A stretch of 25,360 nt of DNA from Calditrichaceae bacterium. Its GTDB lineage: Bacteria > Calditrichota > Calditrichia > Calditrichales > JBFXGD01. Positions 9,651 to 16,528 of the stretch are shown one piece after another. The notes beneath the pieces were generated by a model, which ran no database searches, had not been told where the DNA came from, and saw only the letters and a program-made list of their open reading frames with translations. Where the stretch lies: NCBI GenBank assembly GCA_050178385.1, contig JBFXGD010000036.1:1-25360 (forward strand), in the 5' to 3' direction. Numbering within the stretch: the first letter of the stretch is position 1; each line of letters opens with the position of its first letter. A program made the position numbers and the translations under genes.

Positions 9651-10115
9651 ATGAAATCTCAATTTTTTTTCAGGATTGAAAAAGCGGACCGGTCCAAAAC
9701 AAATATTATTGCTGATTTTCAGCTAAAAATGGCGCTGGAAACAGAAAATCTTGAGCTGGAAATTGCAACAGTCAGAAATGGGGTCAGCGCGATTTTTGAT
9801 CATGCTGAAAGAGGCTTTTATCTGATTGTTAAGGATAAAACCGACAATCCAATTGGTTCGATGCTTGTCCAGAAGGAGTGGAGTGATTGGCGGAACGCCG
9901 AAGTCTGGTGGCTGCACAGCGTATTTATTCTGCCTGAATACAGAGGCCGGGGTATCTTTAGGAAATTGTTTGAAGAAACAGAGCGAATGGCATTGGCAGC
10001 AGGTGTAATCGGGATCAGATTATATGTTGACAAAAGAAATACGTACGCGCAACAGGTGTATGCCGGTTTAAATATGTCAAATAAACATTATGAGCTATAC
10101 GAAAAAATGTTTTGA
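9651..10115 (+). CDS. GNAT family N-acetyltransferase
   Basis: Acetyl-CoA motif A (VFILPEYRGRGIF), EWSDWRN..WW..SV subfamily motif, and RLYVDKRN..AQ.VY. Confidence 0.9.
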   Translation: MKSQFFFRIEKADRSKTNIIADFQLKMALETENLELEIATVRNGVSAIFDHAERGFYLIVKDKTDNPIGSMLVQKEWSDWRNAEVWWLHSVFILPEYRGRGIFRKLFEETERMALAAGVIGIRLYVDKRNTYAQQVYAGLNMSNKHYELYEKMF

Positions 10116-10137
10116 GTCGTAAACAGAAAGGGTAAAA

Positions 10138-10569
10138 ATGAGTATCTGGCACAGTAAATTCAGTATTGAGGGTATTAACGAAAAAGGTAAAAACACAATG
10201 GCCGAACAAATCGGTATTGAATTTGTGGAATTTGGACCCGATTATTTAAAAGCCCGGATGCCGGTCGATCACCGTTCTATTCAGCCCGCGGGTATTCTCC
10301 ATGGGGGCGCTTCTGTGGCGCTAGCGGAAACAATCGGCAGCGTGGGGGCATATCTTACAGTGGATCCGGAAAAGTCTGAATGTGTCGGTCTTGAAATTAA
10401 CGCCAACCATGTCCGGTCAGCAAAAAACGGCTATGTTTATGGAACGGGAAAACCCATTCATCTTGGAAAAAGCACTCAGATCTGGGAAATCAGGATCACA
10501 AACGATAAGGATCTATTGCTTTGTATAAGCAGAATAACGATGGCTGTTCTTAATAAGACAGGATTATAA
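10138..10569 (+). CDS. Hotdog-fold acyl-CoA thioesterase (PaaI/MenI-YdiI/EntH-like)
   Basis: QPAGILHGGASVALAETIGS, VGLEINANHVRS, HLGKSTQIWEIRI. 143 aa. Starts 22 bp after the GNAT, so probably co-transcribed. Confidence 0.92.
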   Translation: MSIWHSKFSIEGINEKGKNTMAEQIGIEFVEFGPDYLKARMPVDHRSIQPAGILHGGASVALAETIGSVGAYLTVDPEKSECVGLEINANHVRSAKNGYVYGTGKPIHLGKSTQIWEIRITNDKDLLLCISRITMAVLNKTGL

Positions 10570-10729
10570 AAATCATCATTTTTTGCCGAAATCTACCAGA
10601 AAATAATAATAAATAGTGATTTCTCTATAATTATCTCTTATTTTAAACCGTTTTAAGTGATTCCAAATTAAATGGGAATTATTAAAGTAATCCTGTTATG
10701 GACATCATCAGGGAGGTGAGTATCTTATC

Positions 10730-11500
10730 ATGGCGAGTAACCATTTAGATATCGATCAGCAAAAACAGAAGCAAATTCTAAAACTTGTAACCAACAGCTT
10801 CTATAAAGAATTAGTCAATTATGGCATCGAACAAAGTGATATCGTGACAGTCTCGGTTAATCTGCTGGATTTAGTTACAGAAAAAGGTAATGTGGTATCC
10901 GGAAATAATCGCTACTATAATAATATATTTTCCATACAGGCGGTCGATAATCATTGGAACGAAAAAAATTGTTTATGTCTTGAAAAAGTCTCTATCGAAC
11001 CCCTTAAAATAAATTATCTTGGGAAAATCACCGAGTGGTTGAAAGCCCCGGAAATCAGGGAGACATTTATAGGATTTTTCCCAAAGACAAAGGATGAGCT
11101 AAAAAAATATCTTTTTGACGATGTCAATCATTGTTATTTTGCCATTTTTTATGAGAAAGCTCTGGTCGGATTTATCGGCGCTGACACCATCGACCGGAGT
11201 TTTCAAAAAATTGAGATGAAAAAGCTGATCGGGAAATCGGAATTCCGGAGCAGGGGAATAGGTAAAATTGCCACATTTCTGTTTTTATATCATACCTTTA
11301 GAATACTGAATTTCAATAAAGTTTATATACATTCACTTGATACCAATATTAAAAATATCAATTTAAACAGCAAATTCGGGTTCGAACTGGAGGGGATTCT
11401 ATATAAAGACGCTTATCTTGAAGGTGTTTACCGTGATGTCCTAAGGATGGGATTGTTAAAAACAAAATGGGAGAAGATTTTTTCCAATCCAAAAAATTAA
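10730..11500 (+). CDS. RimJ/RimL-type (PseH/SpeG-like) GNAT acetyltransferase with an N-terminal helical extension
   Basis: C-terminal 170 aa: IGKSEFRSRGIGK, N...INLNSKFGFELEGIL, Y.DVLRMGLL. Strong SD GGGAGGTG at 10711-10718. Confidence 0.85.
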   Translation: MASNHLDIDQQKQKQILKLVTNSFYKELVNYGIEQSDIVTVSVNLLDLVTEKGNVVSGNNRYYNNIFSIQAVDNHWNEKNCLCLEKVSIEPLKINYLGKITEWLKAPEIRETFIGFFPKTKDELKKYLFDDVNHCYFAIFYEKALVGFIGADTIDRSFQKIEMKKLIGKSEFRSRGIGKIATFLFLYHTFRILNFNKVYIHSLDTNIKNINLNSKFGFELEGILYKDAYLEGVYRDVLRMGLLKTKWEKIFSNPKN

Positions 11501-11611
11501 TTTGTAAAATGATTCTTCAAATGTGACTCCGTTACAATCTTTTCACAATGACCGTAAATCCAGGCCTCTACTTATAATCCTTATCCAAAAAGTCTTCAAA
11601 AAATTTATTTC

Positions 11612-11640
11612 TTGACAACAGAAATATTTCTTTTTATAAT
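11612..11640 (+). promoter_or_regulatory. Perfect consensus sigma70 promoter
   Basis: TTGACA (11612-11617)-17 bp-TATAAT (11635-11640), with an A/T-rich UP-like tract upstream. Confidence 0.85.
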
Positions 11641-11646
11641 AATGGT

Positions 11647-11658
11647 GTACGCACGTAC
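11647..11658. promoter_or_regulatory. Palindromic operator GTACG-CA-CGTAC (GTAC-N4-GTAC, LexA-box-like) at the predicted start site
   Basis: The palindrome begins 7 nt after the -10 box and lies just before SD AAGGAG. Confidence 0.5.
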
Positions 11659-11675
11659 TACAAAAGGAGTAAATC

Positions 11676-11888
11676 ATGAAAACAGTCATTTTGCAAAATA
11701 ACTCTGCCTTTCAGGATTCATTCTATACTGAATCAAGGTTTGATGTGCTCACGGATGATGAACTGGAAAGCTTTGAAGAAAGGGCTGCTATAATGGAATA
11801 TGAAGGCTGTTTAAGCAGGGAACAGGCGGAATCAATGGCCATCAAAGGAATTTTAGATTCCAGACAGACACTCAGTCTGGCCGGATAG
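11676..11888 (+). CDS. Small acidic hypothetical protein with a 'FEERAAIMEYEG.LSR..AE' motif
   Basis: Perfect promoter and SD AAAAGGAG 6 nt before the ATG. The motif is recalled from uncharacterised phage- and plasmid-associated proteins. Confidence 0.8.
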   Translation: MKTVILQNNSAFQDSFYTESRFDVLTDDELESFEERAAIMEYEGCLSREQAESMAIKGILDSRQTLSLAG

Positions 11889-12098
11889 GGTTTGCGAAAA
11901 GTAAATAAATTGTCCGGTCTCCTCATATTGGTACTTATTTTTTTGTTGGGTTTTAGCTTATCGATTTTATAATCTTGCATCCTTCCGAGTTGAGACTCTC
12001 AGCTCCCGCATCTCCAAAAGGATTGTTTTAATCCGGCGGAGAATGATTCATTCTTTGCCATTCCCGAATAAATATAGCGCAATGCACGTTCTAATTAC

Positions 12099-12107
12099 TG
12101 ATATAAT
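12099..12107 (+). promoter_or_regulatory. Possible extended -10 promoter for the hydrolase
   Basis: TG-A-TATAAT lies about 30-40 nt upstream of the start codons. No clear -35 box. Confidence 0.35.
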
Positions 12108-12137
12108 TATCCGCTGCTGCCCGTATAACCAAAATTG

Positions 12138-12905
12138 ATGAACGATATGAAATTTGAGCGACTTAGATTTAAAGGAAGTCAGGATTACCTGCTGAGCGCG
12201 CGCCTTGATCTGCCGGATGAGGGAGCACCCGCTGCCTATGCTCTTTTTGCCCATTGTTTTACTTGCAGCAAAAATTTAAAGGCGGTTCATAATATAAATT
12301 TATCATTGACTGCAAAAGGAATTGCTGTTATGCGATTTGATTTTACAGGTCTGGGTGAGAGCGAAGGTGATTTTGCGGATACTAATTTTTCGTCAAATGT
12401 GGGAGATCTTGTCGCGGCGGCAAATTATCTGGGCGCTAATTACATTGCCCCAAAAATACTAATCGGACACTCTCTTGGCGGCGCGGCCGTTCTTCAGGCC
12501 GCGCGATCCATTCCATCTTCAGCTGCAGTGTGCACAATAGGATCTCCTTTTGATCCGGGGCATGTAAAAGATCTATTTCTTAGCACCCGGGAAGAGATTG
12601 AACAACAGGGGGAGGCGGAAGTATCACTTGGCGGACGGCAATTCAGAATTAAAAAACAATTTTTGGACGACCTTGAGCAGGCAAAAATGGATACAATAAT
12701 TCGGAAACTGAGCAAGGCTCTCCTCATCTGTCATTCACCTATCGATAATATCGTTGGAATAGACAACGCGGCAAAAATTTTTATCACGGCAAAACATCCA
12801 AAGAGTTTTATTTCGCTGGATAAAGCAGATCATCTGCTGGCGGAGGAGACGGATTCAATTTATGTTGGTGCCATAATCGGTACCTGGGCCGGCATGTATT
12901 TATGA
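12138..12905 (+). CDS. Alpha/beta-fold serine hydrolase (homologous to the N-terminal domain of alpha/beta-hydrolase-OsmC fusions)
   Basis: FAHCFTCSK, RFDFTGLGESEGDF, nucleophile GHSLGG, HSPIDNIV (Asp) and HPKSFISLDKADHLL (His). The start is uncertain (12135 TTG, 12138 ATG or 12147 ATG). Confidence 0.9.
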   Translation: MNDMKFERLRFKGSQDYLLSARLDLPDEGAPAAYALFAHCFTCSKNLKAVHNINLSLTAKGIAVMRFDFTGLGESEGDFADTNFSSNVGDLVAAANYLGANYIAPKILIGHSLGGAAVLQAARSIPSSAAVCTIGSPFDPGHVKDLFLSTREEIEQQGEAEVSLGGRQFRIKKQFLDDLEQAKMDTIIRKLSKALLICHSPIDNIVGIDNAAKIFITAKHPKSFISLDKADHLLAEETDSIYVGAIIGTWAGMYL

Positions 12906-13211
12906 TAGAATAGAATATTAAACTTCTGCTATCGAATTAATATTTAACTATGCTGATACTTCTTAAATAAATCGTAAATCGTTGTTCCTTCATCCTAAAT
13001 CCACCTCTGGAGTAAATTCCCATTAATAAACAGCAGAACAATGTAATTGCGCATTTCTGTTCAAATTACCATCAGGCGGTGTTTAATTTAAGTCACAGGT
13101 TCGTTTTCCTTAAATTTTATGAAGGTATTTCTTAAGTTTACAGGCGATGAAGTCGATACATCAAAAGGTTACGGCCCGGTCTGGAAGACGTGGTGAAACA
13201 TTCTTTGAATC

Positions 13212-13240
13212 TTATCAAATTTTTTTGTAAAATTTGATAA
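13212..13240. repeat. Perfect 12-bp inverted repeat upstream of the kinase
   Basis: TTATCAAATTTT (13212-13223)-TTTGT-AAAATTTGATAA (13229-13240). Confidence 0.7.
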
Positions 13241-13323
13241 TTAATCAGATAGATTATTATATAAAAACTTACTTTTATAAGCCAGAGACGAGGAATAGAG
13301 TAAATTTTGTGTGAAAGCGGTTT

Positions 13324-15744
13324 ATGGCTAAGAAAAATATAAATTCATCATTTATCGGCAGAGTACTTGATAACTATCGCATTCTGGAGAGTCTGGGACA
13401 GGGTGGAATGGGCATGGTTTTCAAGGCCCTGAATGTTAAACTGGATAAAATTGTTGCCATAAAAATCCTGGCTCCGGGATTATCCATGAATGATAATTTC
13501 ATAAAACGCTTTCAAACGGAAGCCAGGGCTCTCGCGAAACTTGAAAACCGGAATATTGTAAATATATATGATCTTCGCTCTGACAATTTCCAGTGGTTTA
13601 TTGTAATGGAATTCGTTGATGGTAAAACACTTGGCGATTTGATTTCCGGACGTGGAGCGTTTACCTGGGATGAAGCCCTGCGTATATTTAAACAAATGCT
13701 CAATGCCATCGGCCATGCTCACAGCGCCGGCATCATTCACCGCGATATCAAACCAAATAATGTTTTAATCACCGAAAACGGGATTGTAAAAATTACCGAT
13801 TTCGGTCTTGCAAAAGATCAGCAATACGCAGGCAATACGCAGACTTTCGCATCCGGCGGAACTCTTTTTTATATGTCCCCTGAACAAGTGAGAGGACTTC
13901 AGTTTACCGATCTCCGAAGTGACATTTACGCTCTTGGAATAACTCTTTATGAGATGCTCGCCGGGAAAACGCCGTTTAAGGAGAGTCACACGGATTTTGA
14001 TATACGTGAGACGATTGTACGCAAAGAATTTCCGCCTCCTGTCACCTATAACCCAAAAATTCCTTCCGGATTGAATGATATTGTTATGAAAGCCATTGCC
14101 AAGGATCCGGATACCAGATATCAGAGCGCGAAAGAATTAGCCGATGCCATCGAATATTTCGAATCAAATTTTACTAGTCGTATCACTTATGATACTCAAA
14201 ACAATGAAAAAAGCAGGGTCCGTGATAAAAGCGCCGAATCTCCGGGTGGATTGAATTACCAAGGCGCGGGCGAGAGTGATTTGTTGTCCGATGCGATAAA
14301 TTATGGGAAAAATAAACATTCTGCTGGTAAATTTGCCGCAACCGCTTTAATCATATTACTGCTTTCTGTGATTGCTTTTCTGCTGTTCCCTGATGATATT
14401 CCATGGTTCAGGAGCGACGCTGATACTATAATGGTGGCAATTGACAGTTCACCGCAACAGTCGAGCGTATTTGTTGATGGGACTCCGATCGGAATAACTC
14501 CTCTGAATGATTTTAAATCCGGGAGCGGGAAATTGAGTCTGCGTCTTCATAAAAACGGATATTTTGATCTGGACACTACGATTACCATTGAAAATAATAG
14601 AAATAGCTCATTTTTATTCAATTTGTCTCCGGCTGCTGATGTATCGCTAAATATTCTTCCGGCGGATTCCGAGATTAGGCTTGACGGAAAAATGGTTTCC
14701 GGGGAAAAAATATCTGAACTTCGTTTAACTGTGGGCGAGCATTCCTTGGAAATATCTCATCCCGGTTATGAGTCTGAAGTTTTTCAATTTTATGCAGATG
14801 TGGGGCAAAACGCGCCGCTCAGTTTCAGGCTAAACACAAAAAGTAACAGTGTCACGGAAATACCGAAAAAATTTGGCGTTTTGACGGTAACATCAAATCC
14901 GGAAGGCGCGGAGATACTGATAAATAATCGCCTGCTAGGGAAAACGCCATATAAAGGTGATCAGTACCCTGAAGGTGAATATGAGGTATTACTTCGCCGG
15001 GACGGATACATTGATTATTCGCAAAAAGTGATGGTCAGATCAAATCGGTCTTCCGGTTTTACTGCGGCACTGATAAAAAAATCGGGATCCTTAGCCATAA
15101 ATTCAAATCCTTCGGAAGCGATTGTATCGCTGGATGGGAAAGAACTAAAAGAAAGAGTCACTCCATTCACATTAGAATCCGTACCACCCGGAAAGCACCG
15201 GATTTCAATAAAGAAACCGGGGTATTCCGAGTTTTCAGGTTCCATTACAGTCATTGAAAATCAGGAAAGCAATTTTTTTGGGGAGCTTAAACAGTTAACG
15301 GGGGATCTTGAAGTTCATGTGAAACCCTGGGGTACCATTTATATTGACGGTAAACTGATGAAAAAAGAAACCGATATAAAATATATGGTTCAATTACCGG
15401 CGGTGAAACATGTTGTAAGAGTGATTCATCCTTCACTGGGCGTCTGTGAAAAGGAAATAAACATTAAAGACAAAGAAACTGTAAAATTTTCTGTGGATTT
15501 TAATAAGATTGTTGGTGTAAGCGTATCGGCATTCGATTCAGATGGAAAGCCTGTTTGGGGTGAGATAATTGTTGACGGAGAAAATACCGGTGAGATGACG
15601 CCAAAAGAAATTAAACTGCGGGTCGGACTTCACAGAATTTCTGTCAAAAAAGAGGGATATGTGCTAATTGGTGGTGAAAAACAAATCCTCGTGGACGAAG
15701 AAAGTAGAAATCTGCAAAAATTTATACTAAAAAGGAACGGATGA
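13324..15744 (+). CDS. Membrane Hanks-type Ser/Thr protein kinase with six extracytoplasmic PEGA-like repeats
   Basis: LGQGGMGMVF, VAIK, HRDIKPNN, DFGLAK, GTLFYMSPEQ and SDIYALG. One TM helix (FAATALIILLLSVIAFLLF). Repeats begin IDSSPQQSSVFVDG, LNILPADSEIRLDG, VTSNPEGAEILIN, INSNPSEAIVSLDG, VHVKPWGTIYIDG and KPVWGEIIVDG. Confidence 0.93.
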   Translation: MAKKNINSSFIGRVLDNYRILESLGQGGMGMVFKALNVKLDKIVAIKILAPGLSMNDNFIKRFQTEARALAKLENRNIVNIYDLRSDNFQWFIVMEFVDGKTLGDLISGRGAFTWDEALRIFKQMLNAIGHAHSAGIIHRDIKPNNVLITENGIVKITDFGLAKDQQYAGNTQTFASGGTLFYMSPEQVRGLQFTDLRSDIYALGITLYEMLAGKTPFKESHTDFDIRETIVRKEFPPPVTYNPKIPSGLNDIVMKAIAKDPDTRYQSAKELADAIEYFESNFTSRITYDTQNNEKSRVRDKSAESPGGLNYQGAGESDLLSDAINYGKNKHSAGKFAATALIILLLSVIAFLLFPDDIPWFRSDADTIMVAIDSSPQQSSVFVDGTPIGITPLNDFKSGSGKLSLRLHKNGYFDLDTTITIENNRNSSFLFNLSPAADVSLNILPADSEIRLDGKMVSGEKISELRLTVGEHSLEISHPGYESEVFQFYADVGQNAPLSFRLNTKSNSVTEIPKKFGVLTVTSNPEGAEILINNRLLGKTPYKGDQYPEGEYEVLLRRDGYIDYSQKVMVRSNRSSGFTAALIKKSGSLAINSNPSEAIVSLDGKELKERVTPFTLESVPPGKHRISIKKPGYSEFSGSITVIENQESNFFGELKQLTGDLEVHVKPWGTIYIDGKLMKKETDIKYMVQLPAVKHVVRVIHPSLGVCEKEINIKDKETVKFSVDFNKIVGVSVSAFDSDGKPVWGEIIVDGENTGEMTPKEIKLRVGLHRISVKKEGYVLIGGEKQILVDEESRNLQKFILKRNG

Positions 15745-15849
15745 GAAGTGCCCGGACTCTCCCTGTTGTGACTGTGAAGGATGTGATTTAATATTTCGAT
15801 TCGTTCATTTGGAATTATTTGTATGTATATCGAAGGAGCGTGAATTACT

Positions 15850-16419
15850 TTGAATCTGAAATCATTTATTTCTGTTCTGCTCTCCATAAGCTTTTTGACA
15901 TTCCAGCTTATGATACCGGTTATTGACGACACCTCGGTTCTTTATGCCCAGGAAAGTAAACAGGCATGTGAACAAATGCTGAATGCCGCTCAGACAATGT
16001 ATTATGAAGGACGGTTTGATGAGGCGATTGATCTGGTGAAAGAATGCCTGAAATCAAATGACTATTCGATAGAAGATCAAAAATTAGCATATAAAATTGT
16101 TGGGCAGGCTCTTCTCGCTAAAGGTTACCCTGATACCGCGAAAGGATTTATCAGAAAATTGCTGGAAATGGAACCGGGATATCAGCCGACGATAGAGGAT
16201 GAACCGCCAGCTTTTGTTGATTTAGTTGACGAAGTAAGAACGGAAATAAGTGTTCAGAAAGCAGAGCCTGTTCCGGAAAAGAAAAGTAATAAAAAATGGA
16301 TCTGGATAGGCGCGGGAGGGGCTGTACTTCTTGGTACAATCGCGATAATTGCCGGTGGAAGCAGCGGCGGAGATTCCAACGGGAATAAGCCATTAGCTTC
16401 CCCGCCGGACTGGCCGTAA
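15850..16419 (+). CDS. Exported TPR-like protein with a C-terminal hydrophobic segment and Gly/Pro-rich tail
   Basis: TTG start with SD AAGGAG. Signal-like N-terminus ending LYA-Q. TPR-like helices (A..MYYEGRFDEAIDLV; AYKIVGQALLAKG...A...IRKLLEMEP). Ends KKWIWIGAGGAVLLGTIAIIAGGSSGG...LASPPDWP. Confidence 0.8.
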   Translation: MNLKSFISVLLSISFLTFQLMIPVIDDTSVLYAQESKQACEQMLNAAQTMYYEGRFDEAIDLVKECLKSNDYSIEDQKLAYKIVGQALLAKGYPDTAKGFIRKLLEMEPGYQPTIEDEPPAFVDLVDEVRTEISVQKAEPVPEKKSNKKWIWIGAGGAVLLGTIAIIAGGSSGGDSNGNKPLASPPDWP

Positions 16420-16528
16420 CAGTAAGGATTCGAGTATGAACTTTATTTTATCACCCACAAAGGGCCGATAAAAAGAAGTATCGGTGAATTTTGATTTTAA
16501 AAAAAACATTTGACGAATGGTATTTTAT

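Noticed and set aside
10138..10569. Assigning the symbol menI to the thioesterase
   Set aside because: It is similar to the MenI/EntH subfamily, but no men or ent genes are adjacent, so the substrate cannot be fixed.
11521..11538. TGTGAC-TCC-GTTACA, resembling a CRP or Rex site
   Set aside because: Spacing and half-sites do not fit TGTGA-N6-TCACA or TTGTGAA-N4-TTCACAA. It is an imperfect short palindrome that could arise by chance.
11723..11980. 85-aa minus-strand ORF overlapping the 70-aa gene
   Set aside because: The plus-strand ORF has the promoter, SD and a recognisable motif. This one has no recognisable motif.
11500..12100. Prophage remnant around the EERAAI-motif gene
   Set aside because: No integrase, att-like repeats, tRNA or other phage genes are nearby.
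13143..13175. GGCGATGAAGTC, resembling the start of a fluoride riboswitch
   Set aside because: There is no complementary CGCC to close P1 and no downstream GCTRATGAC-like pseudoknot segment.
12906..13323. Possible decayed OsmC domain after the alpha/beta hydrolase (pseudogene)
   Set aside because: No ADEP, GP.P or LG.CT motifs were seen in the frames I read. The hydrolase ends cleanly with an intact triad, and stand-alone forms exist.
16436..16471. 11-codon ORF MNFILSPTKGR, in frame with the surface protein
   Set aside because: Two in-frame stops separate it from the gene, which has its own signal peptide. It is too short to support.
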